A DNA stretch of 64,000 bases from Felis catus (taxonomy: Eukaryota): the NCBI RefSeq assembly GCF_018350175.1, contig NC_058369.1:1862001-1926000 (forward strand), read 5' to 3'. Numbering within the stretch: position 1 is the first letter of the stretch; every line of letters begins with the position of its first letter. The position numbers and the translations under genes are program-made. Positions 37,697 to 50,429 of this stretch are shown here, piece after piece. Under the pieces are notes generated by a model. The model worked only from the letters and a program-made list of their open reading frames with translations, was not told the origin of the DNA and did not search any database.

Positions 37697-37702
37697 AATA
37701 AA
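37697..37702 (+). terminator. candidate proximal poly(A) signal of ZNF555
   Basis: AATAAA ~140 nt after the stop, followed by T/GT-rich sequence. Confidence 0.45.
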
Positions 37703-38144
37703 CCTATCTTTACAGTTTGCTGGACTCCTGGTGATTTGAAGTGTGTTTTTAATATGTAAGTAGTTTTAGTTTTTTAGTTCTTTAAATTCTTTAAGGGGTT
37801 TTTGGAACAATGACACTTTGGTATTTCTTGGGATTTTCTTACTAGCTTGGTGTGGCAGATCCTGGGTATCACCTGTTACGTATTTTCTGCCATACTGAGA
37901 ATCTATTTATTTAATTTGGCCAGAGGAGCCTTATTGCATTTGCTTTACAAATAGTTTGCAGAAATTGATAATTATGCAGAGTTCTTCAAAGCATAGTGTC
38001 ATGTGAATTGTCACTTTCAACTTTTTCCCTTTGCTCCTTGCCCTTGAGTGTGATTGGAAATTGGACAGTAGGCTTTTACTTGAGAGATACTTTGCAACCA
38101 TGAGATATAAGATACAGAGTTTGAGGTGGTTCTTCCAGATTGTA

Positions 38145-38290
38145 TTATGTCAACGTGGGCAGTGTTGGGAACTACATTTCCCAGAAACCCTTCCCTTTAC
38201 GTTCAGATTTACCAATAGCCTAACTTGGCACGAGATTTGGAAGGTGGAAGTGAAGAAGCCATTTCTGTTTGGAGCCATATTAAAGTGTGA
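38145..38290 (+). mobile_element. LTR33/LTR41-like ERVL fragment
   Basis: gggaactacatttcccagaa...gagatttggaaggtggaagtga. Confidence 0.5.
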
Positions 38291-38924
38291 TAGATGCAAA
38301 GGAGCTTTTTTCCCCTGATTTTGGCCCTGCCAATCAAGAGTATCATGCAAAAGAAATGCCATGTGCTTGATTCCCATTTTTCTCAGAGTCGCAGGCTTCC
38401 ATGAATATCTTTTTGAGCTGCGTATAAAGGATCCATTTGTGTGGTCTTGCACTCACAGTTTGGATATTCTTACAAACTCTGATGTGTCCTCTAGACCACT
38501 GTTTCAGACTCATGGTTAGTGATCTTTTCTGATACTATGATTTCACTCTTCTCTAGATCTTCACATATGTGTATAAGGTCTAATTTGTATAGTGATCGCC
38601 TTATTTTCAATACTTCTAGTGACTCCGTGATCCTGATTCTGCCATAAAAGCTACAGTGTTGCTACAAAGCAAAATAACACATGGGACTTAGTTAACCTAT
38701 TACATCTTATAGTGTGCTGAGTCAGTCCTTCAACGTGAGAAAAAAACACCTTCGTATACTAGATTTTGGGAGAGCCAAATGCTGTTTCTTGCTAAGGGTT
38801 TTACTGTTATGTTTGATTATGTGTCATTAAAAACAGTATGTATTTTATCAAGGGAAATCTTTTGTAGATATTTCCTAGAAATACACAACTTACAGTGTTT
38901 TTATATCATCTGTGCACTTACTGC

Positions 38925-39330
38925 ATTACTTTTCTGGGGCTGCTGTAACAAAGTACCACCGTCGGGTGGCTTAGGACAACAGAACTTTTGGTCTGATGGT
39001 TCTGAAGGTAGAAGTCTAAGTTCAAAGTATTGGCCAGACCATGCTTCCTCTGAAGGGGCTAAGGAAGGGTCTGCTCCAGCCCTCTCCTAGCTTTTGGTAG
39101 TTCACTGGCTTGTGGCGATATAACTGATCTTTACTCTGCATTCTGCCCACATGCGTGTTTATCTCTTCATCTGGGGTTCTTTTTATAAGGACCACACATA
39201 TCAAGTTAGGGCTCATCCTATTCCAGTATCACCTCCTCTAATTATATTGGTGGTAACTCTGTTTCTAAATAAGATCACATTCTGAGGTGCTGGGGATAGG
39301 ACTTTGGTGGACAATTCAACCCGTAACTCT
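38925..39330 (-). mobile_element. MLT1 solo LTR
   Basis: ggctgctgtaacaaagtaccac...ttataaggaccac...cacattctgaggtgctgggg. Confidence 0.8.
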
Positions 39331-39809
39331 ACCAAATGCTATACTCTTTCATTTACTGAGAGAACACATTAAAATATCCCATGGCAATTATGCATTCCAG
39401 ATCAACTGTAATTCTGGTAAGCATTATACATTCTAAGTATTTCCAGGTGCATACAACTTAAGACATTTTTGTCGTGTAACTTTTTTTATTGTTGCATAAG
39501 AATTTCCTATTAAACTGATTTCTTACTCATTGCTAATAAAACCTTAAGTAATTGTTTTGTCAAAGCTTTCTAACTCAAACCACTGGGAACACACTGGTAG
39601 TCAATGAAAATTGGGTGCATTGAATTCAAGCAATTTGAGTGAACACATGGACAGTGGGATGTATCAGCCAGAGGGTGTTTGAAAGGATATATTTTCAGAT
39701 TTTGGCTTGTGTTTGGTGATTGTAGAAGGCAGAAATAACTGAATTTAGCTAACTAAAATTGGTGGAGCAGTCATTGAGAAGAAGGGTTGTTTTTTTAAAA
39801 AAAAAAAAT

Positions 39810-40720
39810 TAATTTTAATTCCAGTTAACATAGTGCTATGTTAGTTTCAGGTCTACAATATAGTGATTCAACATTTCATACAGCACACGGTGCTCATCAC
39901 AAGTACATTATCCCCATCACCTATTCAACTCATCCCCCTACTCCGTCCCTTCTGGGAACCAGCAGTTCTCCATAATTGAGAGTCTATTTCTTGATTTGTC
40001 TCTTTTTTTTCCACTTCTGCTGGTTTTGTTTCTTAAATTCCACATATGGGTGAAACCATATGGTATTTGTCTTTCTCTGACTGATTTCACTTAGCATAAT
40101 ACTCCAGCTCCATCCTTGTTGCAAATGGCAAGATTCCTTCTTTTTTATGGCTGAATGATCCATTGTGTGTGTATCTTCACATCTTTATCCATTGATCTAT
40201 CAGTGGACACTTGGGCTGCTTCCATATCTTGGTTATTGTAAATAATGCTTCTGTAAACATCGGGCTGCACGTATCCCTTTGAATTAGTGTGCTTACATTC
40301 TTCAGGTAAATACCCAGTAATGCGAGTGCTGGATCATAAGGTAGTTCTATTTTGAAGTTTTTGAGAAACTTCTATATTGTTTTCCACAGTGGCTGCACCA
40401 GCTTGTATTCCCAGTAACCATGCACGAGTGTTCCTTTTTCTCCACATGCCAACACTTGTTTTTTCTTGTGTTGTTGATTGTAGCAATTCTGACAGGTGTG
40501 AGATGATACCTCATTGTGATTTTGATTTGCACTTCCCTGATGATGAGTGATGATGAGCATCTTTTCATATGTCTGTTGGCCATCTGTAGGTCTTTGGAGA
40601 AATGTCTGTTCATGTCTTCTGCCCATTTTTTAATTGGATTTTTTGTTTTTTGGGTGTTTGAGTTTTATATATTCTTTATATATTTTAGATACTAATCCTT
40701 TATTGAATACGTTGCCTTTT
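39810..40720 (-). mobile_element. older carnivore LINE-1 3' fragment
   Basis: frameshifted ORF2 C-terminal peptides ([26 protein letters not shown]) and 3'UTR. Confidence 0.9.
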
Positions 40721-40949
40721 AGTTCTTAAAAAGTTTTTTTTTTCTGTTTATTTTTTAGAGAGAGAGAGAGCCAGAGTATGAGCCAGCAAGAGGTAGAGAG
40801 AGCGAGAATACACCATCACTCTCGAACAGAGGTGCCCATTTGTTTTCAAATCCCCCAAACCTAGTCAGTGATCTTAGTTCCCTGTCTTTGTCATGTCTCA
40901 CAAAAGGAATGCCTGTATATAGTCTTAGAAGTCTGTAAAACTTGATGCC

Positions 40950-41800
40950 ATTAGGACGTCACGGCAGCCCCACCGGGCTGAGAGCACGTGCTTCATGGCC
41001 ACGGCAGCCCCTATTCCCGCAGGAGCCCCTGCTCATCGCTCCCCACCTTGGCCGTGTGAACAGTCTCAAACCCTCAGTGAAGTCACTAATGGATGTTTGG
41101 TCAGGGCCCTCAGGTAGGTGCATGCACACTCACACCTGTTGTCCCTCACTCACCTGCCCCGTGTTCTGGAATCTTCTGGCCTGAGGCTGTGGCACAAGCA
41201 CTGTCGGCGCCGGGACTCCTCACCACAGCTCATGCCTACCCGCCGCCCATCCGGGACTACAACGCCACCTCACCAGTGCACATGCGCATTTGTACCAACG
41301 CCCGCGCTCTGCGTTCCGGTTCCGCGTAGTCTCAGCCCTGCTGCCTGTGAGAAGTGGAGGTCTCGGGCAGAGACTCCACAGAGGCCCAGAGCTCCACCCT
41401 TCAGACTCCTCCCAGCATGCCGTGCGCCCCGTGAGGAAGTACTCCTCGGAGCCACCTGGGATTGAAGCCCACGCGGAAGTACGCAGGCACGTGTGGGCGG
41501 GGCGGGCGCGCACGCGCACGCGCGGAAGACACTACAGCGGCGAAGAGGAAAGTGGAGTCCCCACCCCTGGGCTTCAGTTCCCGTCCCTGCCTGGCTTCTG
41601 CTATGGGTGGCTCAGTGGCTGGGAGACGTGTGTGGGACGAGCACCTGAGTGCCCAAGGTGTCCACCTGCGGAGTCTTGGGAGGCGGTTGGGGCCGCCCAG
41701 GGTGGATGGAGCAAGGTGTGTGGGCACATGAGACCAGGAGAGGGGAGGACTGTCAGGAAGACCGCAGTGTAGGACACGGTGGCTGCCGGTCCACGAGATG
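40950..41800. promoter_or_regulatory. CpG-island promoter, no assigned coding gene
   Basis: CpG-rich; ACTACAA 41256, NRF1-like TGCACATGCGCA 41277, ZNF143/Staf-like CTCCCAGCATGC 41409, ETS CGGAAGT 41474, GC box. Confidence 0.75.
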
Positions 41801-43614
41801 GGCACCATTATTGCCTTCACCGAGCTTCCAGTTGGAAAGCAGTGACAAGAGGTCAAAGTAGTTATGAGTGCATTTCTCAAAGAATCCTAAAAGCAGCGTG
41901 TGGGGCTGGAACACCATAACCCCAGCCATATAGGGTCCCTTCCACTTCTTCCTCGGATTCCTGTGGAGGGGTTCTTATCGAGAGAGGTTTTTCCCTACCT
42001 CACACAGATTCAGAAAGTGTGAAGTCCCCGTTCCAGGAGGAGAGACAGCAGTAAAACATGTAGTGTAGCTAAGCGGATTAGCCTGGAGTAGAGAGCTGTT
42101 GGGTGGGTGGTTTTCCGAGGGCCTAGCTGTGTATCCCTGGGAGTGAATTAGTTTTCTCTGGAGGCATCATCTTTGCCAATGTGTCTGAGTTTCTGTGTCT
42201 ATCTGGGTGTGTCCACATGTGTGTCCGTCCCAGTGACAGTTTTTGTGATTTTGTCGCTGCAGCGTGTGTATATGTCAGAGAGTTCAGGTGTTTGAGTGGT
42301 GGTTCCTGTGCTGGCAGGAGTGTCTGTTATCGTCTGCGTCTCTTACTGCATGGCTGTAGTGTTTTCTCTGCGTTTTTGCGCAGTTGTGTGTATGGAAACC
42401 CAAATACACAGTAAAAACAGATGGTTACAAGTCACTTGTGTTTAACTTTTAGGAGTCAAATATTTACTGTAATAAATTCTAACGAAATATTTAAAAAGAG
42501 AAAGCTTCACAGTTATTTTTAGTGGGTTTTCATGAGCTCCAACATTCTACAGAGTGCTTAGTCCTAGATTAACAGCCTAGCACCTGCTGGCAGTAATTTG
42601 GACTTCTCTAGAATTTCTCACACCTAAGTTTCTTTCCTTATCTGTTGATTTTTTACTTCAAGTTTCTAACACCAACGGTGGTTCAGATAAACTCTTGAAT
42701 GATAATTGTCATGTGATGAAGTATTTTAGATTGTGATCATTCTTAAAGTAAATGAACAGGTGACACGGAAATGGATCTCCAAAGGGCAAATATGGTTGAC
42801 ACAATGCCATCTTGTTATTTGGTTTTTCCTGTAGATCACTACATAGAAGAGAAACTTCTATGTGGCAAGAGGATAATAATTTGCACTTCAGTTTGAACTT
42901 AATCTTAGAAAAAATTAAATTCTGTATCATTTCAATAACATTTTGTTTCCAAATATTTAAAATTCATATCATCTGATTCCACAAAATGGGGAAATGCAAG
43001 CACTCACTAACCATTCCTGCATGAAGACTTTCTTGGTTCTTTGTCAGTTGTATAAATTTCTTTTCCTTCTCTGACCTTCCAGAGCACATCATTTCTATTT
43101 ATAAATAGCATATTTTGTCCAACATCTTGCTAATTGTGCAAATGTTGTCATTAATTGCAATTGTGCAAATAACCATTAGTCAGATTTTGCTTATTACATG
43201 CTGCAGTAAGCATTTATTTTCATGTTCATAGGTCTGACTTTGGGTGGGTTGTGACAAGTGGTGGGTTTTCAGGAAGCTGTATTGGCTCTGATCTGAGATG
43301 TCCATTCTGGGGCTGAAAGTGAATGGATAGCACCAGCTCAGGGAAACTTCTTCAAGATGAGGCACTAGAGGAACAGAGGAAAGCCAAAAGCACATTTTAG
43401 GGTTTCTGCCATAACATTTGCTCACATAGCACTGGCTTAAGTGAGTCACATGGTTCAAAATGGAGGAAAAATTACTATTGTGCTATCATGAGGACATTGC
43501 TAGATTGTTTCACAGGGGATTGGAAAATCTACCACACAATCTGAATATCCTTTTAAGAAAGGGGTTACATTAGCATAATTATAGAGACCATACCAAAACT
43601 TCCTTTTATAGTTT

Positions 43615-43663
43615 TTCTTTCTTTCCTTCTTCCTTTCTTCCTTCCTTCCTTCCTTTCTCTTTT

Positions 43664-43757
<94 letters not shown>
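43615..43757. repeat. (TTTC)n microsatellite at a SINE tail
   Basis: direct reading. Confidence 0.98.
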
Positions 43758-43758
<1 letters not shown>

Positions 43759-43759
43759 G

Positions 43760-44240
43760 TCTATTTATTTTGAGACAGAGCTGAGAGAGTGAGTAGGGGA
43801 GAGATCCATAGAGAGAGAGGGAGAGAGAGAATCCCAAGCAGGGTTTTGAACTCACAAACCATGAGATCATGACCCAAGCTGAAACCAAATTAACGGAGCC
43901 ACCCAGGTGCACCTTAATCATTTATTTTATTTTTTTAATGTTTATTTATTTTTGAGAGAGAGAGAGAGAGGGAAACACAGAATCCGAAGCAGGCTCCAGG
44001 CTCTGAGCTGTCAGCACAGAGCCTGACGTAGGGCTCAAACTCATGACCTGAGCTGAAGTCGGTTAAGCAACTGACTCTTGCTTTTGGCTTGGGTTATGAT
44101 CTCATGGTTCATGGGTTCGAGTCCCGCATCAGGCTCCGTGATGACAGTGCCAATCCTGCTTGTGATTCTGTCTCATTCCCTTTCTCTCTGCCCCTCCTGC
44201 TCACTCACTCGCTCTCTCTCAGAATGAATAAACTTAACAA
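43760..44240. mobile_element. SINEC cluster including fused -/+ chimera
   Basis: Can-SINE pieces; fusion at 44057-44062. Confidence 0.85.
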
Positions 44241-44814
44241 AATTTTATTTTGTAAAAATTCAAACTCTGTAAATGTAGAGGGAATGGTTTAGGAAAATCT
44301 GTTATACCTGTTACCTGCCTTCAACAATTTCCATCAGTTTTCTTTACAACACTTGGCTTCCTCTGGATAATTTTGAAGCAGTTCTCAGTATATCATTTCA
44401 ATCTTAAAATTTTTGGAATGAACAATTATCCTTAATATATTCAAATAAATAGGCAGTGGTCAATTTTCCTAGTTTTTTACATAATTTTAAAATTTTGCTG
44501 TTGGATTGTTTGTATTGGGATCTAATGAGACCCATACATTACAACTTAATATCTCCTTTGTATCTAATCTATAGTTCCCTTAGCATGTATTTCTTTGTAA
44601 TGTAATTGTTGAATAAATCATGTAGAAATTTTCATAGAATGGGTCTTCTAATTATATCTCCATGCTGTTTTTTAACGTCTTCTGTTCTTTATATTTGCAA
44701 GTAATTGCAAGTTAGATCTACAGGTGTGGCCGTATTCAGGTCTGATATTTTGACGAGTATAATTTAGATATTATTTGAGTATTTCTAGCTGGAGGCACAT
44801 AGAATCTGGAGGTT

Positions 44815-45345
44815 CTGTATACATGAGACAAAGATGGCCTCTGTATATTGTCCTTCCGTGGTTTATTTCTTCATTGTAAACCAGTGGTTCAAAAGCCCAG
44901 TGGTGCCAAACTCAATTTTGTACTTATCTGTTTTAAACATAGCTCAAATAAGTGCATTTTTAGCTATTTAGAGCCTGTTTGCTTTTCATGCCTACCCCAT
45001 GAAACTTTGCCCAACAGCTGCTAGCCATAAATAGGGTAATCTCTGTAGCTATGAAAGACCCAGGCTGCTGCTGCCCTTTGGAACTCTCTGATCCAAAGAC
45101 TTCCATCTGGGCTGCAGAGCGACCTCACCCAACCATGTAAGTCTCTGATACCCTTCTTCCCTGGGAGTTGTCTTGCGCACCTCCCTTTCTGGGTAGTAGC
45201 TTCCTTGCCATTGCCTCTGGACGGCCTCATGCTGTGAGGGACTTTCCCCACAGGCAAACCCGACAGAGTATTGCCTGAATAGAGCTCATGTGTGCTACTG
45301 CATTCTGGGCTCACATCCTTTTCATGGATCACCCTCAAAATGTAA
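44815..45345 (+). mobile_element. ERV solo LTR (MER73/74-like)
   Basis: aagatggcctctgtatatt start and LTR-like 3' end; family call tentative. Confidence 0.45.
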
Positions 45346-45474
45346 AAAGGAAGTGATTTATTTTTTTGTGATGGAAGCCAGCTTTGATGACTATTACCTG
45401 GAGCAGTTAAAACTCTTGTGAAGGGTTACGTGAAAAAGAAGGCATGCATTTCCAGAATGTAGGGCAGACCATCC

Positions 45475-45820
45475 AAGCAGGTGGCTTAAATTTATTCTCA
45501 CAGTTTTGGAGACTAGATGCCTGAAATCATTGTCAGCAGGGCCATGCTTCTTCTGTGACTGTGTATAGAATCATTCCTTGTCACTTCCTAGCGTCTGGTG
45601 CAAGCCCTCAACCCTAGACATTCTTTGCCTTGATCTGCGTCACTCCAACCTCTACCTCTGTTATCACATGGCATTCTCCCTGTGTGTCTTTCTTTTGTAT
45701 GTTTTATCCTTGCCTTACGAGGACACAATTCATGTTGGATTAGGACACACTCTAATGACTTCTTAACTTGATTACATCTGAAGACCCTATTTCTAAACAA
45801 GGTCACACTTTTCATTGAGG
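45475..45820 (-). mobile_element. MLT1 solo LTR
   Basis: tttattctcacagttttggag...gattacatctgaagaccctatttctaaacaaggtcac. Confidence 0.75.
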
Positions 45821-45829
45821 TGTTTGTCA

Positions 45830-47130
45830 TTGCTTTGCCAGAATTCATGTGTTCTGGACACACAAGTTTTATCAGCGATGTGATTTCAGAATTTTTTCTT
45901 GGTATCTGTGGCTTACTGTTCTCTCAGTGGTGTCTTTGGGAAAGTAGCTTAATTTGGATAAATTCTAATTCATTAATTTTGTTGAACCTTGTTTTTGGTG
46001 TCATCTCTTAAAAATGCTTGCCTAGCTGAGGTCACAGTGAAATTCCTGCTTTTGTTTCATCTAGAAGTTTTATTGTTTGTATCTTGCATTTAGGTCTATT
46101 ATAAGTTTTGAGTTTTTTTGTAAACAGCATGAGTTTTTTGTTTTGTTTTTTACATATGGATATCTGATTGATCCAGCACCATTTGTTGAAAAGACTACAT
46201 TTTCTTTATTGAATTACTTCAACACTTTTGTAAAAAAAAAAAAAATCAGTTGACTTTAAGTATGTGTGTTTATTTCCAGACCCTGTATCCTTTTTCATTG
46301 ATTTACAAAAGTATTGGAGTACAATTAATTTTTGCCTTTTGATCTTGTATCCTGCAACCTTGCTGAAGTTGTTTATCAGTCCTAATTAGTGGACAAGATT
46401 TTCTACTGACAAAAATCATGCCATCTGCAAATAGACTTAGCTTTAATTCTTCCTTTCTTATCTGGATGCCCTTTATTTTCTTGCCTGTCTTCTCTGGATA
46501 GAGCCTTCATTACAATGGTGAAGAGAGGTGGCAAGAGCAGACATATTTATCTTGTTTCTGTTATTAGGGGGAAATCATTTGGTCTTTCAGTATTAGGTAT
46601 GATGTTAGTTTGGGATTTTTTAAAATCAGGTTAGGAAAGTTCCCTTCTCATCTTAGATTACTGAGTTTACTTAGTTCACTGAGTGCTTTTATCATAAAGG
46701 GGTATTAGATTTTACCAAAGTGCTTTTCCATGTCTATTGAGATTATCATGTGATTTTTAACTTTTATGATGTTCATATGGTGTATTATCTTTTCTTAGAA
46801 AATTTTTAATATTTTTGAGAGAGAGAGAGCGAGAGAGCACATGAGTTGGAGAGGGGCAGAGAGAGAGGGAGACACAGAAGCTGAAGCAGGCTCCAGGCTC
46901 TGAGCTGTCAGCACAGAGCTCGATGTGGGGGTTGAACCTATGCACTGTGAGATCATGACCTGAGCTGAAGTTGGATGCTTAACTGACTGAGCCATCCAGG
47001 TGCCCTAACTTAATTTTCAATGTTAAGCCAATCTTGCATTCCTGGGGTAAATACCATTTGGTAATGGTGTATAATCATTTTAAGATGTTGGTAGACTTAG
47101 TTTGCTGGCCTTTTTTTGTGTGTGAAGATT
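45830..47130 (-). mobile_element. ancient L1M ORF2 fragment (SINE inserted at ~46800-47006)
   Basis: L1 antisense hallmarks: ccagcaccatttgttgaaaagact, ttgtatcctgcaaccttgctgaa, atgccatctgcaaatag. Confidence 0.8.
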
Positions 47131-49204
47131 TTTGTAAGTTTGTCAAATTGAACATTATAAATTCTTAGTCAATATTGCCAGATGCATACAAGTTTAGGCA
47201 TTTTTCTTTCAGATAAACTTTATTTTTATATACTTCAAGTTTTTGTCATTAAGATAACTTCTTATTAATAACAGTGAAACATTAATGGTTTGTTGGTGTC
47301 TTCTAGAGAAAGACCACCAGGATCACACCTGTGGTAAAAGATGTTGGGTGTACTGAGTTCTAGAAACACACCATTAATGATTATGGGTTAAACCAGTGTT
47401 TAAAAAAGACTTATCATAGGACTTCTGCTTGTATTAGTTGATTTGGGTTATGTTCAAGGAAGCTGAGATTTGCTCTCTATTGGATGCTATCGGGAGTTGA
47501 ATGTAATTTCATCATTGGGAATTTTAAGTTTCAATCCAGAAGGCAAGAAGAATGGAGTGGTGATAACACTAATTGTTAAAGAAGCAGCAGTCAGTTGTAT
47601 TAACAAGAAGAGGGGAGTTTGGGGACTTTTTGTTTTTCTTTCTTTTTTTTTTTTTTTTTTTTTACTTTTTACAGACTTATTTAGAGTGCATTTGTTTTTG
47701 TTTTTGTCTTGATCCAGTTTGGTCACCAAATGGTGTTGTCTAATGATGGTGTTGTGTGAGATTCTTTATTTTGCCAGGCCAACTCTGGGTTGTCTGGGCT
47801 GCTTCTGTATACACTGCAATCTGCATCGGATGCTTTTTAGTATTTTTCATTGAGTAACTCATTTTACATATAGAAATTCAGTTACTCCTCAGCAAACTCT
47901 GTGAGACAGGGAATATACTATGCCCTTTTATGAGTTAACTGAGAAATACAAGTTTGCATAAATTACCAGAGATCTCAAAGATAGCAGGAGACAGAGACAT
48001 AATCAGGTTTCGAGCTCTTACTACTCAGAGACCATACTATTTACTTGATGCTAATGTTGAGCATCCATATATGCCATGTGCTGTAGGCTCAGTATTTAAA
48101 CAGCTATAGTCAAAAGTAACCAATGTACTCTATGTTGTTTTATGTTGAATGGAGAGGCAGGAAACACACACAGGTTGTTGCAGTCTTAGTGTTTATGTTT
48201 TTATGGGAAAAAAGTAGTGGTTAACAAGTGGTAAAACTTAGGCTCATAAGAAGTTTGTGAAGGAAACAAAGACCAGGGAGCTAATAGAGAATGCAGGGAT
48301 TCCAGTGTGTAGTTTTTTGTGGGGGATGAGAAACTCATTGAGTGAAGATTTCATCATTAATTTATTTATCTTTCCATCATCTAATAGGTCTTTAATAAGC
48401 GCTGTTTCAAATATTCACTGTTTGTAAATAGTGGAGAATGATATGGACAGTCGTGCGTTCATGTAGTTAACCATAATGATTCTCCATAAAAATAAAGGTA
48501 TAGGTCTGGTTCAGCTTAATGTTTGTAATGGCTAATGTTTTAAAGCATGTGATATGTTTCCATGAATTTGGACATGGGTATTTGGGGCCAGATTCTTCCC
48601 GGTTATGCAGAGTATAGGGTGTGGGTGTTTAATACTCTTGTGGGGAAAAAAAGGTAAGTTGTATTATATATTTGAAATATTTTTGCTGCTACTGTAGACT
48701 GACTCACACAATTTGTACCCCAGAAAACCATAGGTTGCACTTAATTTGATTAAGCATTATGGTCAACTGCACAGTTCTACCCCATCATGGTCTTATGAGT
48801 ATAGTGAATTAACACAAGTCGATTGTAACCTTCTTTCAGAAGCAAGGTAAGTTATGAGTAGGGGGACAGTTATCTATGAAAAACTGAGATGATCTGCAGT
48901 TGGTACCATTTTGAATAATACTCCAATTTAGTAAAAAAAGGTATACTTGATATTCTCAAGCAGGGAAAAATTTAATGCTTTTTATAGAAGGTGGAAGGTT
49001 TTTGGTTTAATGATCCACAAAGTCCAAAAGCCCCATTCTACTTTTCACAGGTGTAAGTTCTATATGGATATATTTCTAGCACATTAGGGAAGAGAAAAAA
49101 AATGTGACAGCATTTTGCTTGATTAAAGAACAAATAAAATCTAATCTGTCCATTTCTCCATGTTAACTTATATTTTCACAGTGCCGCAGAAACTAATGTG
49201 ATTT

Positions 49205-49299
49205 GGGGGTTGGGTATCCAACTCTTGATTGTAGCTTGGGTCATGATCCCAGGGTCATGGGATGGAGCCCTGCATACTTAGCATGGAGCCTGCTTAAGA

Positions 49300-49344
<45 letters not shown>

Positions 49345-49435
49345 CCTCCCTCTCCCTCTCCCTCTCCCTCCCTCTGCCTCTCCCCTGCTTGTGTGCACAT
49401 GCACACTCTCTCTCTCAAACAAAAACCTCTTAAAA
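49205..49435 (+). mobile_element. older SINEC, 5' truncated
   Basis: Can-SINE body and CT tract. Confidence 0.8.
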
Positions 49436-50429
49436 TAAGGAATTAGTGTGATTTGATAATCACTAGTATCTCATTTGACCCCCACCCACCTCACATCATC
49501 TCTATCATGGTACATATGAAAAAAGTGGAGCAACGGAGCACAGTCTTTTCTGATCTCACATGGTTCATAATAATAATGAAATCTGTCACTTTGAATGTAT
49601 AATATAGGCCACCACCATGATGAGTATTGTTCAAAAACTTAAAACTCAGAATACCTCTGTAAAGTAAGTATACACAATTTTACAAATATGACATCACAAC
49701 TTACACATAGGACTGAAAAGGCAACATAGTGTTCCATTTATGTGCCATTCTTTGGGAAAAGGCAAAGGTATAGAGATTTGGAACAGATGAGGGGTTAAGG
49801 GTGGGGGTGCTGACTACAAATGGGCACCATGAGTTTTTTGGGTGGTGATCAAGCGTTCTGTATCTTGACTGTTGCAGTGCAAGTGTACATTTTGGAAAAC
49901 GGATAGAACTACACTTAAAATAATGAATTTTGATATAGGTGTATTAAAACTGAATTACTAGAAAATGAACAGCCACCAAAGCAAAACAGAACAAACCAAA
50001 AAACAAAACTGCTTTCTTTTGTTTAGAGGAAATTTAAAACTCTCCTCAACCTTGATACATAGGTGTACAACAAGACATTTCCATCACGTTGGTGTCTTGG
50101 GAAGAATTTCATAATGTGGAAAGGACTTGTCAGGCCCTTTTGGGAAGCCAGACAGTAGTCAGAAAACACTGTCTAGGGCCCTGGCCTCACACACATACCT
50201 GGAGGGAAGTAAGACCTCGTCTGGAATCCATCTTTGATCTGACACCAGGCTCTTTGGATCAGACCTTCAGCAACGCTCTGATTCTGAAACCTGAAGGTGG
50301 ACCTCTCGGTTGTTCCCCAAGGAGGACCCTACCTGGGGGCGTCCTAACCCTTGGGCACCAGCATCGTGACTCTCCGGGGCCTGTCTTGAATTCTTAGGCA
50401 TCAGCATCACGCCTTTCCAGCTCTAAACC

